Notes under the pieces: model-generated
Database searches by the model: none
Seen by the model: the letters and a program-made list of their open reading frames with translations, nothing else
What the model was told of the DNA's origin: nothing
Made by a program: the position numbers and the translations under genes
Shown: in pieces, positions 18,217-27,617 of the stretch
How positions within the stretch are numbered: the first letter of the stretch is position 1
Layout of the letters: each line of letters opens with the position of its first letter
DNA from: Patescibacteria group bacterium
GTDB lineage: Bacteria; Patescibacteriota; Minisyncoccia; UBA6257; UBA9933
Length of the DNA stretch: 58,392 nt
Assembly: GCA_038065035.1 (NCBI GenBank)
Contig: JBBTRV010000006.1
Coordinates: forward strand, 1-58,392
Direction of reading: 5' to 3'

Positions 18217-18801
18217 ATGGATAATAATATTTGCCACACTACTTATAAGTATAAAATTTGTGTTTCCGGAGCGGCGGAAACCGGCCATTGCGGGCCGGAC
18301 GCTTTTGAAACAGCGGAAGAATTGGGGAAAGAAATTATCAGACATGACGCAGTTCTGATAACCGGCGCCACAACCGGTTTTCCTTATTGGTCGGCCAAAG
18401 GCGCCAAAAGTGAAGGCGGTATTGTTTTGGGTGTTTCGCCGGCGGTAACGGAAAAAGAACATATCAATGTTTTTAAATTGCCGATTGATTATCATGATTT
18501 GATAATTTATACCGGCTTTAATTATTCCGGCCGCAATTTGTTTTTAGTTAGAGCAGTTGATGCCGTTATTTTCGGTTGCGGCCGGATGGGAACCTTAAAC
18601 GAATTTACCATTACCTTTGAAGATAAAAAACCGATTGGCATTTTACAAGGCGCTTGGGAGACGGATGAAATTTTCAAAACTTTAATTGAAAAATCCAACC
18701 GTGCCAAAGAAATGGAGGGAAAAATTGTTTTTGATTCAGACCCGAAAAAACTTTTGGACAAACTTGTGGAACTAATAAAAAAAGAAAAAAGCGATAATTA
18801 G
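18217..18801 (+). CDS. TIGR00725/LOG-like Rossmann-fold protein
   Basis: ICVSGAA..., ITGATTG..., GCGRMGTLNEFT pattern of the LOG/SLOG-type family. Confidence 0.65.
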   Translation: MDNNICHTTYKYKICVSGAAETGHCGPDAFETAEELGKEIIRHDAVLITGATTGFPYWSAKGAKSEGGIVLGVSPAVTEKEHINVFKLPIDYHDLIIYTGFNYSGRNLFLVRAVDAVIFGCGRMGTLNEFTITFEDKKPIGILQGAWETDEIFKTLIEKSNRAKEMEGKIVFDSDPKKLLDKLVELIKKEKSDN

Positions 18802-18806
18802 TTTTT

Positions 18807-19934
18807 ATGTATAAAAAACTTATTTTACCGGCGAGCATAATGGCTGAAACGATTATCGGCGCCGGAATGTTTGCCCTACCCCATGTTTTTACTCTAAGCG
18901 GGATTGGTTTGGGATTGGTTTATTTGCTTTTTTTAGGAGGAGTTTTGACTTTGATTCATTTAATGTACGCTGATATTATTTTGCGCACTCCGGAAAACCA
19001 CCGCTTGATGGGCTACGCGCGATTTTATTTCGGCAAAAGCGGATTTTGGAGCAGTTTGATTATTACTGTGCTCGGCGGCTTGTTTATTCTGACGGCTTAT
19101 CTGATTTTATCAATCAGCTTTATTGATGTTTTAGCTCCATATCTTCCTGATATTTATAAAATGCTGATTTTTTGGGCGCTGGCGTCCTTGCCGGTGTTTT
19201 TGGGAATTAATAAACTGGCCAAATCAGAACTCTTTGTTCTTCTTGGCACGATTTCTATTGTTTTAATACTTTTCGGCTTTAGTTTCAGCGGTCTTCCTAA
19301 ATTAGTAAACATTTATCCGTTTTTTAACGCTGATTATTTATTTTTTCCATTCGGAATAATACTTTTTTCAATGTTTGGTCGTTCGGCAATTCCGGCGGTT
19401 TTGGGATATTTCAGGAATAATAATGAATCGCCGGCAAGCGCCAAATGGCCGATTATTTTAGGGACAGTTGCCCCTATTATTATTTATGTTTTATTTGTTT
19501 TCGCTATTTTGGGATTGTCTGATATTGTAAGCGAAGACGCGGTTTTAGGGTTGGTCGGCCAATTGCCGTTTTTTGTTTTGGCGATGCTGGCGTTGTTGGC
19601 TATAATAGAGTTATGGAGCACTTATGTTGTAATTGCCCGGGACGTTAAAAAAAGCTTGGAGCATGATTTGAATTTCGCGCCGATTATTTCCGGGACAATA
19701 ATTGTCGGCTTGCCTTTAATTTTGTATTTTTTGGGATTTCAGAATTTTATAAAGTTGGTTAATTATGTCGGCAGTATTTTTATCAGTTTGGAGGGGATTT
19801 TGATAATTTTAATCTGGCAAAAAATTTCTAAAGTTGAGGTTGAACATAAAATTTTCAACAGAATTAATCCGTTATTAATTTATTTACTATTGCTTGTTTT
19901 TGCCGGCGGGATATTGTATAAATTGGTATATTAA
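18807..19934 (+). CDS. amino-acid permease-like membrane transporter
   Basis: 375 aa with about 11 TM helices. N-terminus IIGAGMFALPHVF resembles aromatic amino-acid/Trp-Tyr permeases. Confidence 0.55.
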   Translation: MYKKLILPASIMAETIIGAGMFALPHVFTLSGIGLGLVYLLFLGGVLTLIHLMYADIILRTPENHRLMGYARFYFGKSGFWSSLIITVLGGLFILTAYLILSISFIDVLAPYLPDIYKMLIFWALASLPVFLGINKLAKSELFVLLGTISIVLILFGFSFSGLPKLVNIYPFFNADYLFFPFGIILFSMFGRSAIPAVLGYFRNNNESPASAKWPIILGTVAPIIIYVLFVFAILGLSDIVSEDAVLGLVGQLPFFVLAMLALLAIIELWSTYVVIARDVKKSLEHDLNFAPIISGTIIVGLPLILYFLGFQNFIKLVNYVGSIFISLEGILIILIWQKISKVEVEHKIFNRINPLLIYLLLLVFAGGILYKLVY

Positions 19935-19956
19935 GTTTTAATTACGATATTGGAAA

Positions 19957-20057
19957 ATAAACAGCAAATGAAAAATTTTTCTTCAATCCGCTTACGTCCC
20001 GCTTTACGGGGCTGCGCTTCCGTTTAGGTTTCAGAAAAAATTTCATTTGCTGTTTAT
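19957..20057 (-). repeat. 101-nt hairpin repeat element, copy E2 (inverted relative to E1)
   Basis: Perfect 17-bp arms (ataaacagcaaatgaaa / tttcatttgctgtttat). The core is the reverse complement of the E1 core at about 80% identity by eye. Confidence 0.6.
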
Positions 20058-20095
20058 GGCATATAATTTAATTTCATAATTAAAAGAAGTTTTGT

Positions 20096-20596
20096 ATGTT
20101 AAAAAGAAAACAATACGACAATAGAATAATGCATCCCCATACAGAAGAGCATGAAATTCCAAAGGGCTATAAGGGTTTGGTTTTGTGCAAAAACTGCAAC
20201 GCCGCTTGTTTTAAAAAATCGTGGCATCATAATCTGCGCAATTACAAAGACGAGCGCCGCGACCAGCAAATAAAATTTGTTATTTGTCCGGCTTGCAAGA
20301 TGATTAAAAATAAGCAATTTGAAGGAGAGGTCACGGTTTGCAATGCGCCGGTAAAAAATCAGGAAAGCTTGATTAATTTAGCGGAAGCGTTTTGCCACCG
20401 AGCTTACAAAAGGGATTCTCAGCATCGTCTAATCGCGATTAAAAAATCAAAAAATGACATTACTATTACCACCACGGAAAATCAATTGGTCCAGCAATTA
20501 GCTCGGAAAATTCAATCCACCTTCAAAGGTGTAAAAAAGCAGATTTCTTACTCTCCCAAGCCGAGCGATGTGGTGTATATCAAATTGACTTTTTAA
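20096..20596 (+). CDS. conserved hypothetical zinc-ribbon protein (possibly NMD3-like)
   Basis: 166 aa with CKNCNAAC ... CPACK motifs. Family assignment is uncertain. Confidence 0.5.
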   Translation: MLKRKQYDNRIMHPHTEEHEIPKGYKGLVLCKNCNAACFKKSWHHNLRNYKDERRDQQIKFVICPACKMIKNKQFEGEVTVCNAPVKNQESLINLAEAFCHRAYKRDSQHRLIAIKKSKNDITITTTENQLVQQLARKIQSTFKGVKKQISYSPKPSDVVYIKLTF

Positions 20597-20607
20597 CCAA
20601 CAATATT

Positions 20608-20679
20608 GCCCTTGTCGTTCAATGGATAGGACGCAAGATTCCGGATCTTGTAATAGGGGTTCGAATCCTCTCGAGGGCA
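20608..20679 (+). tRNA. tRNA-Arg (anticodon CCG)
   Basis: Cloverleaf folded by hand: acceptor gcccttg/cgagggc, anticodon stem caaga/tcttg, loop ttCCGga, T-loop ggttcgaatcc. Confidence 0.85.
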
Positions 20680-20686
20680 TAAAATT

Positions 20687-22030
20687 ATGCAATTCATTGC
20701 CGATCTCCATATCCACTCCAAATATTCCCGGGCAACGAGCAAGGAAATGAATCTGGAAAGACTTGATTCCTGGGCTGACGACAAGGGCGTTTTAGTGATG
20801 GGTACCGGCGATTTTACTCATCCGCTTTGGTTTAAGGAAATAAAAGAAAAACTTGAGCCCGCGGAGCCCGGACTTTTCAAATTAAAACAGCAATTTAAGG
20901 GAAAAACTCTAAAAGGCACTTTTAGCCAGACCAGATTTTTGTTAAGCGTGGAAATTTCCGGCATTTATTCCCGAGCCGGCAAAACCCGGCGCGTCCATAA
21001 CATAGTTTTCGCGTCCAGCGTTGAAACCGCGGAAAAAATAAATAATCAGCTTGGATTAATCGGCAACTTAAAATCTGACGGCCGGCCGATTTTGGGATTG
21101 GACAGCGAAAAACTGGCGGAAATTGTTTTTAATATTGATTTAAACGCGGTAATTATTCCGGCGCATGCTTGGACACCATGGTTTTCCGTTTTTGGCTCAA
21201 TGAGCGGTTTTGATTCTATTGAAGAGTGTTTCGGAAAATACGCGAAAAACATTTTTGCCATTGAAACCGGGTTAAGCAGCGACCCGGCGATGAACTGGCG
21301 GCTCTCTAAGCTTAATAATATCGCCTTAATTTCCAATTCTGATTCGCATTCTCTGGAGCGCATCGGCCGGGAAGCCAATATTTTTGACACAGAATTATCT
21401 TACAAAGGCATTGTTGAAGCAATAAAAAACAGTTCTCCTCTTCAGCGTAATTCTGCGTCTGTTCCGCGAAGTTCTGCAATGGTAGCAACCATAGAGTTTT
21501 TTCCCGAAGAAGGAAAATATCATTATGACGGCCATCGCAATTGCGGCGTTGTTTTCGAGCCGGAAGAAACAAAAAAACATAAAAACATCTGCCCGAAGTG
21601 CGGCCGGCCGCTGACTATCGGCGTAATGAACAGGGTGGAAAAACTGGCTGACCGGCCTGAGCCAAAAACAAAAATTGAAAAATTTGAAGAGGTCTCTTTA
21701 ATCGCCGGCGATAATAATGTCCCTTATGTCAATTTAATTACTTTGGATGAAATTATCGCCGAAGCGTTTGGCGTTGGCTCAAAATCAAAAAAAGTGAAAG
21801 CCGAATACGAAAAACTAATAAAAAACTTTGACAGCGAATTAAAAATTTTAATGAAAATGAAAATTAGCGACCTCGCTGGGGTTGCTGACAGCCGCGTTGC
21901 CGAAGGCGTAAAGCGAATGAGGGAAAGAAAAATTAAAATAAGCCCCGGCTATGACGGCGAATACGGCAAAATTTCAATTTTTAATAATGAGGAAAGGGAA
22001 GAATTAAAAAATCAGACAACTCTTTTTTAG
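20687..22030 (+). CDS. endonuclease Q (PHP-domain, TIGR00375-type)
   Basis: ADLHIHSKYSRATS, GTGDFTHP, PAHAWTPW, SNSDSHS, zinc finger CPKCGRPLTIGV, and C-terminal PGYDGEYGKI match archaeal/Bacillus EndoQ block by block. Confidence 0.8.
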   Translation: MQFIADLHIHSKYSRATSKEMNLERLDSWADDKGVLVMGTGDFTHPLWFKEIKEKLEPAEPGLFKLKQQFKGKTLKGTFSQTRFLLSVEISGIYSRAGKTRRVHNIVFASSVETAEKINNQLGLIGNLKSDGRPILGLDSEKLAEIVFNIDLNAVIIPAHAWTPWFSVFGSMSGFDSIEECFGKYAKNIFAIETGLSSDPAMNWRLSKLNNIALISNSDSHSLERIGREANIFDTELSYKGIVEAIKNSSPLQRNSASVPRSSAMVATIEFFPEEGKYHYDGHRNCGVVFEPEETKKHKNICPKCGRPLTIGVMNRVEKLADRPEPKTKIEKFEEVSLIAGDNNVPYVNLITLDEIIAEAFGVGSKSKKVKAEYEKLIKNFDSELKILMKMKISDLAGVADSRVAEGVKRMRERKIKISPGYDGEYGKISIFNNEEREELKNQTTLF

Positions 22031-23748
22031 ACTTCAATAACCACCGGCAGAACCATGGGCCGGCGCTTGGTTTTTTTATAGAGAAATTGTCCCACTTGGT
22101 CTCTAATTAATGATTTGATGTAATCGGCGTCCGGTTCCTGGCTGAAAGGAATACGGGAAATCAAGTGCCTTATTTTTTTTCTTGTTTCTTCAACAAGCTC
22201 TTTATTCTCTTTTAGATAAATAAAGCCGCGGGAGATAATGTCGGGATTTTTCAAAAATCTGCCGGTGTGGCGGTCTAATGTAACTATAATAACAACCATG
22301 CCTTCCTGCGCCAAAACTCGGCGGTCTCTTAAAACCACTTCGCCGACATCGCCTACTCCTAAGCCGTCAACCATCACGTAAAAAGCCGGCACTGATTCAT
22401 CGGTATTCCTGATGGAATCTTTAGTTATAAGAACTATTTGGCCATTATCAGTGATAACCGTTTCTTCAGGATTTAAGCTTATTGCTTCTTGCGCCAATTG
22501 AGCGTTGCGCCAGCGCATAAAATAATAGCCGTGAATAGGAATAAAAAATTTTGGCTTCACCATTTTCATCACGGTTTTTAATTCTTCCTGAGGAGCATGG
22601 CCGCTGGAATGAACATCAACCATTTTGTAGTGGTAAACAATGGCGCCTTGCCGCGCCAAGTCGTCGCGCAACACCTGAACACTTCTTTCGTTTCCGGGAA
22701 TAACCGAGGAAGATAAAATAACTGTGTCGCCTCTTTTAGTTTTAATATGAGGATGTTCGCCGGAAGCGATTTTCATCATACTGGCCTGGGGTTCGCCCTG
22801 GGCGCCAGTGCATAAAATCAAGATTTTATCGTCGCGGTATTTATTAATGTCTTCAAGTGGCAAAATAACATCTTTTTCAATTTTCATAAATCCTAAATTT
22901 CTCGCGATTTGAACGTTGGTTTTCATCGATGAGCCGCTGATAAAAACTTTTCTTTTGAGCTTTTCGGCGATTTTAATAATTTCCGCGATGCGGTCCAAAA
23001 GCGAGGCGAAAGTGCTGACAATTATTCTGCCTTCGGCAACCTTGAAAATTTTTTCTAATTCCGCTTCTACCACTCTTTCCGACATTGACCAGCCGGGTTC
23101 TTCAGCGCCGGTGGAGTCAAGTAGAAGAGTATGGATTTTTTGCTCACCAACCAATTTCCATGTGTCTAAGCCGCGCGGATTGCCTTCAACGTCGTAGTCA
23201 AATTTGAATTCGCCCGGATGGACGATTTTGCCGACAGGCGTTTCTAGAATTATGCCGATGCCTTCGGGAATATTGTGCACAACGCCGAAAAAGCGCGCTT
23301 TGAAATTTTTTGAAAGCTGGCGGTCTTCGCCGGCTTTTACAATTTCAAAATCAAGCTTAGGAACATTGGGAAACTCTTCCTGGCGTTTGTTGATGATTTC
23401 TTTGCTTAAGGAAGTCGTATAAATTGGCGGGTTGCCGATTTTTTCCATAATATAAGGAATAGCTCCGATATGGTCATAATGGCCGTGAGTGATAATCAGC
23501 GCTTTAACGTTTTTCTTTTTTGTTTCGAGATAAGCAACGTTAGGGATAATAAAATCGATTCCTGGCGTTGTTTCTTCGGGGAATTGCAAACCGGCGTCAA
23601 TGATGACAATTTCGTCTTCGTATTCAAAAAACATCATATTCCTGCCGATTTCTTCCAATCCGCCGAGAGCCACGAATTTAACGGTCGGTTCTTCTTTCGC
23701 GGCTGTTCTTTTGATAACTCTTGATTTTGTAATTTTTTCTTTAGTCAT
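22027..23748 (-). CDS. rnj: ribonuclease J
   Basis: HGHYDHIG, beta-CASP, SGHA; 573 aa. Confidence 0.9.
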   Translation of the reverse strand: MTKEKITKSRVIKRTAAKEEPTVKFVALGGLEEIGRNMMFFEYEDEIVIIDAGLQFPEETTPGIDFIIPNVAYLETKKKNVKALIITHGHYDHIGAIPYIMEKIGNPPIYTTSLSKEIINKRQEEFPNVPKLDFEIVKAGEDRQLSKNFKARFFGVVHNIPEGIGIILETPVGKIVHPGEFKFDYDVEGNPRGLDTWKLVGEQKIHTLLLDSTGAEEPGWSMSERVVEAELEKIFKVAEGRIIVSTFASLLDRIAEIIKIAEKLKRKVFISGSSMKTNVQIARNLGFMKIEKDVILPLEDINKYRDDKILILCTGAQGEPQASMMKIASGEHPHIKTKRGDTVILSSSVIPGNERSVQVLRDDLARQGAIVYHYKMVDVHSSGHAPQEELKTVMKMVKPKFFIPIHGYYFMRWRNAQLAQEAISLNPEETVITDNGQIVLITKDSIRNTDESVPAFYVMVDGLGVGDVGEVVLRDRRVLAQEGMVVIIVTLDRHTGRFLKNPDIISRGFIYLKENKELVEETRKKIRHLISRIPFSQEPDADYIKSLIRDQVGQFLYKKTKRRPMVLPVVIEV

Positions 23749-23755
23749 TTTGTTT

Positions 23756-23840
23756 TGGTGGGCAGAGAGGGATTTGAACCCTCAAACCTTTCGGCATAGA
23801 CTTCTGAAGCCTACGTGTTTGCCAATTTCACCATCTGCCC
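23756..23840 (-). tRNA. tRNA-Leu (anticodon CAG), long variable arm, CCA encoded
   Basis: Reverse complement is gggcagatggtgaaattggcaaacacgtaggcttCAGaagtctatgccgaaaggtttgagggttcaaatccctctctgcccacca. Confidence 0.85.
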
Positions 23841-23846
23841 CCTAAT

Positions 23847-25502
23847 CTATTTAAAAGATTTGGCGGTTTTAACGTGCCAGTTTTCTATGTTTTTAAAGCG
23901 GTCACTTAAGAAAGAAATTTCGGCTGAATCAAACCCGCCGAGATTTTTTCTCGCAACGTATAAATAATTCGGCGAATAAAGGAAAATTGCCGGCGAATCG
24001 GAAGTAATCAGGGAATTAAGGGATAAAAGATCGCTTTGCCGTTTTTCATCGTTAAAATCTTTCCTGATGGTTTCCAAAAGACTATCAGCTGTTTTGCTTT
24101 CATAAAGCGATAAATTAAGGCCCGGATAAAATCTTTCAGAAGAATGCCAAAATGAAAAAATATCAGGATTTCTCCCTAAAATATTCCCAAAAAGAATCAT
24201 CTGGTAATCCCTATTTTTAATAGCATTATTATTAATTTCTGACAAAGGCAGAACAAGCAGATTTAATTTAATTCCTATTTTTTCCCAATCGCTTTTGATT
24301 AATTCAGCGGTTTCAACAAGAAAGGGAATTTCGGGAACCGTAAGGATAAATTCAAGAGCCACATTTTCTTTATCAATATCCTTTTCTCTAATTTCGTTAT
24401 CTTTTATTTTCCAGCCAGTGCTTTCAAGAATTTGAGCCGCTTTTTCAAGAGAAAATTCTGGCTTAGTTGAATTATTTTTCGTTTCGTTAATGGTATTAAT
24501 AAGCGGATCGGAAACTTCTGTCGCTTGGCCGGAAAATATTTTTTTTATAATGCCGTTTTTATTTGTTGCCGTTAATAGCGCCAGCCGAACATTTTTGTCT
24601 TTAAGCGCTTGATGGCTGTAAGGATTAAAGAAAACAGCGTAATATTTCAGCATGCGGAGGGAAAAAGTATTATTTGAGAAATTAACCTTTTCTATACTTT
24701 TTTTTTCAGCAATGCCGAGGCCGTCAATCAATCCTGAGTTAAAGGCATTTATTAATTCATCTTCTTTATTATAAAAAGTTATGTTTAATTTATCAATATA
24801 CGGTTTTTTGTTATAATAATTTTCATTTTTTTCAAGTTCGTAATTTTTAATGTAACCGTCGGCGCGTTTATTGAAATATCTAAAAACAAAAGGTCCGCTG
24901 CCGATTGGTTCAAGGTTATAATTTGATAATCTTATATTGGCCGGCGGAATTGAGGCGAAAATATGTTTTGGAATTGGTTTCAAATCTTCAATATTGCTTT
25001 TGAAAAAAACATAGGGACTGGAAATTTTGAATTCTACTTCCCGTTCGCTTATTCTTGAAACTTTTACGCCGTTCCAGCTTGAAAATAGCGGAGAATAGCT
25101 GTCCGGATTTTGGATTAATTCAATGGTAAAAATTATATCGTCGCTAGTGACTCTTTGGCCGTCATGCCAGTAAACTTCGTCTTTAATCCGATAGCGCCAA
25201 ACTTCGCCATTTTCATTAGTTTTATAAGACTCCGCCATGTTAAAAAGATTGTCAAAAAGCAATTCCGTTAAATCGCGGTCCGCATCAGAAACAGCTAAGA
25301 TTGGATTGATAAAAACCGGTTGGCCAAGAATGCCTTCGGTATATTTTCCGCCGTCAACCGGAACAATCGTCGTATTTTCATTAATATACGCCAAAGCTAA
25401 AAGAAATGACGATAGCGAAAATATTATTCCAGACGCTATAAATACGGCCAATTCGCGCCGCTCAAAAGACTGAAACAATTTTTTAAAAAAACTTAATATC
25501 AA
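23847..25502 (-). CDS. ABC transporter substrate-binding protein, family 5 (peptide/nickel type), orphan
   Basis: 551 aa with an N-terminal TM anchor and an SBP_bac_5-like pattern. No permease or ATPase genes adjacent. TTG start. Confidence 0.7.
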   Translation of the reverse strand: MILSFFKKLFQSFERRELAVFIASGIIFSLSSFLLALAYINENTTIVPVDGGKYTEGILGQPVFINPILAVSDADRDLTELLFDNLFNMAESYKTNENGEVWRYRIKDEVYWHDGQRVTSDDIIFTIELIQNPDSYSPLFSSWNGVKVSRISEREVEFKISSPYVFFKSNIEDLKPIPKHIFASIPPANIRLSNYNLEPIGSGPFVFRYFNKRADGYIKNYELEKNENYYNKKPYIDKLNITFYNKEDELINAFNSGLIDGLGIAEKKSIEKVNFSNNTFSLRMLKYYAVFFNPYSHQALKDKNVRLALLTATNKNGIIKKIFSGQATEVSDPLINTINETKNNSTKPEFSLEKAAQILESTGWKIKDNEIREKDIDKENVALEFILTVPEIPFLVETAELIKSDWEKIGIKLNLLVLPLSEINNNAIKNRDYQMILFGNILGRNPDIFSFWHSSERFYPGLNLSLYESKTADSLLETIRKDFNDEKRQSDLLSLNSLITSDSPAIFLYSPNYLYVARKNLGGFDSAEISFLSDRFKNIENWHVKTAKSFK

Positions 25503-25521
25503 AATAAGAAAAAGAGAGAAA

Positions 25522-25734
25522 TTATATAAATAGGTCTAGAATCGATAGCCCGGCCAAAATGACGATAAAAACAATGGTTGCGCCAAAAATTATTCTTTCC
25601 AATCCGCGGCGAACCGAATAAAAACTAGCTTCATTTCCTCCAAAAATTCCGGAAAGCCCAGAAGAGTGCTCTTGCAACAATATTAGAGCGATTAAAATAA
25701 TTGAAATAATAATTTGAGCGATTGCAATTGCCAT
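25522..25734 (-). CDS. secG: preprotein translocase subunit SecG
   Basis: 70 aa with two TM helices and LLQ...SGLSGIFGG. Confidence 0.75.
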   Translation of the reverse strand: MAIAIAQIIISIILIALILLQEHSSGLSGIFGGNEASFYSVRRGLERIIFGATIVFIVILAGLSILDLFI

Positions 25735-25738
25735 AAAG

Positions 25739-26098
25739 TTAAGATTTCTTGGTTAAAACAGTTATTATTATATTAACTCCGCTTATAATAAGCGTAGCAT
25801 AGAAAAGCGATCCTATCCCAGTAATCATAACGCTATCTGACAAAAAATCAAGAGTTTGAAGAATAACGGCGTTGACCAGCAATATTCCAAGTCCGAGTGT
25901 GATGATAATGATCGGGCTTAAAATAATTTTAAGAAGCGGCTTTATAAAAATATTTAAAGCCGTAAAGATGGCCGTTGTCGCGATAATTTGTTCCGGATTT
26001 TTCATTATTTCAAAGCCATTAATGAAATAATCAGCGGCTAAAAGGGCTATTAAATTGGAAAGAAATAAGATTATTATTCTTTTGAGCAGTTTAAACAT
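25739..26098 (-). CDS. DUF360 / holin superfamily IV-like membrane protein
   Basis: 4 TM helices. Internal ATG (MFKLLKR) preferred over the GTG at 26122. Confidence 0.6.
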   Translation of the reverse strand: MFKLLKRIIILFLSNLIALLAADYFINGFEIMKNPEQIIATTAIFTALNIFIKPLLKIILSPIIIITLGLGILLVNAVILQTLDFLSDSVMITGIGSLFYATLIISGVNIIITVLTKKS

Positions 26099-26282
26099 AG
26101 GCGCGTTCTTTAAGTTATCCACACAAAGTACTTGGCTCTTTATGATTTTTAGGTTATTATTTTTAATAAATAAACAATAAATTAAAGGTCGATTTAATTA
26201 TAGCACGTTAATCGTGATTATAAAATCGCTTTTTCAAAACAGTAATACTGGAGTTGAATAGCGTAAAAAATTATAAAAATAT

Positions 26283-26960
26283 ATGATAATTCAAAATTTA
26301 ACGGATGTTACAATGAAATCTCTTCTTAACGTCTGGAGCGGAGTTGTAAGCTTCATCCCGTCGTTAATAGGAGCGTTAATCGTCTTGATTATCGGTTTGA
26401 TAGTCGCCGCCGGGATTAGCTCTATTGTGGAAAGAGTCATCGCCGCTATTAAATTAGACGTTTTTCTTCATAGATTGGGATTGGAAGAATATTTTAGCCG
26501 CGCCGGCCTTAAAATCAATGCCAAAAAGTTTTTTGGCGCTTTAGTCTATTGGTTTTTCATAATAGTTTTTGTTTTAGCAGCGGCTGATGCTATCGGTTTA
26601 ACAGGACTTTCCCAGTTTTTGAGAGATGTTGTCGCTTATATTCCGCAAATTGTGGTAGCTGTTCTGATTCTTTTGGTATCCGTAGTTATTGCTAACGCAT
26701 TAAGAGCGACCGTTAAGGCTTCGGTTGTCGGCGCTAAATTGCACGCGGCTAATTTTTTAAGCAATATCACTTGGTGGTCGGCGGTTATTTTCGGATTTAT
26801 TACCGCCTTAATCCAATTGGGTATTGCGCCGATGCTTCTTAATACTATTATTACCGGTTTAGTGGCGATGATTGCCTTAGCCGGCGGAATTGCTTTTGGA
26901 TTAGGAGGGAAGGATTATGCGATGCATTTAATCGCTAGATTTAGGGAAAGAGTTGAATAA
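26283..26960 (+). CDS. TM-helix-repeat membrane protein (mechanosensitive-channel-related?)
   Basis: 225 aa of repeated hydrophobic helices. Weak family call. Confidence 0.45.
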   Translation: MIIQNLTDVTMKSLLNVWSGVVSFIPSLIGALIVLIIGLIVAAGISSIVERVIAAIKLDVFLHRLGLEEYFSRAGLKINAKKFFGALVYWFFIIVFVLAAADAIGLTGLSQFLRDVVAYIPQIVVAVLILLVSVVIANALRATVKASVVGAKLHAANFLSNITWWSAVIFGFITALIQLGIAPMLLNTIITGLVAMIALAGGIAFGLGGKDYAMHLIARFRERVE

Positions 26961-26983
26961 TTTGCAGTCTTAGATAAATTAAT

Positions 26984-27012
26984 AAAAAACCCCCGCTTTG
27001 CGGGGGTTTTTT
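26984..27012. terminator. bidirectional rho-independent terminator
   Basis: aaaaaa cccccg ctttg cggggg tttttt between convergent genes. Confidence 0.6.
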
Positions 27013-27346
27013 ATATTCCTCTTCCTTCGTATTTTTCGAAAATCGCCCAAAAACTTAGGTTTTTCTCTCCTTTGTTATGAACTTTATGAAAATTGCCGCT
27101 TGGCACAAGTATAAGGTCGCCGGCTTTCACCTGGAAGGTCTTGTCGCCAATCTCCATTGTTCCAATACCATCAATAAAAACATAAACTTCGTCGCTGTTT
27201 TCATGGGAATGGCCGCTAGTTGATTTTTCCGGATAAAGTTCGGTTAAAGAAACGGTGAGATGTTTTAAAGAAGCAAGGTCAAAAACTTTGTAAATTTCGG
27301 TATCTCTTATAATATTAGCCAGTTTTTTATATTCTGTTATGTCCAT
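27011..27346 (-). CDS. cupin-domain protein
   Basis: GHSHENSDEVYVF...G and GDLILVPSGNFHKVHN (the two cupin motifs). Confidence 0.7.
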   Translation of the reverse strand: MDITEYKKLANIIRDTEIYKVFDLASLKHLTVSLTELYPEKSTSGHSHENSDEVYVFIDGIGTMEIGDKTFQVKAGDLILVPSGNFHKVHNKGEKNLSFWAIFEKYEGRGI

Positions 27347-27617
27347 TCGAATATTATAGCTTATATCTATTTGTTTTAGTAGGGATTTGACCCCGCATTT
27401 TTGAAAGACTTATTCGCAATCATTAAAAGGTGTGAGATTGACCAAAATTATAAAAAGATTGATAATAAAATCAGAATTAGCGCGATAATTTATTTTGAAA
27501 AATTAATAGGAAGGGGGTGGTTAATATGTTGAGAAAAGAAGGAGATGCTATTGTTGTACTTTGATTTTTGGGGTTGTTAGCTTTTATTGGATTGTTAATT
27601 TTCTTTGAAAGGGGGTA

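Noticed and set aside
23756-23840. Possible UGA-suppressor or Sec tRNA (a 'ttcaga' string read as a TCA anticodon)
   Set aside because: Proper folding places the 7-nt loop as ttCAGaa, so the anticodon is CAG (Leu). The long variable arm fits tRNA-Leu.
26115-26123. Exact DnaA box ttatccaca at the 5' end of the DUF360 gene
   Set aside because: It is a single isolated box with no cluster or AT-rich unwinding element, so it is probably fortuitous or merely a regulatory DnaA site.
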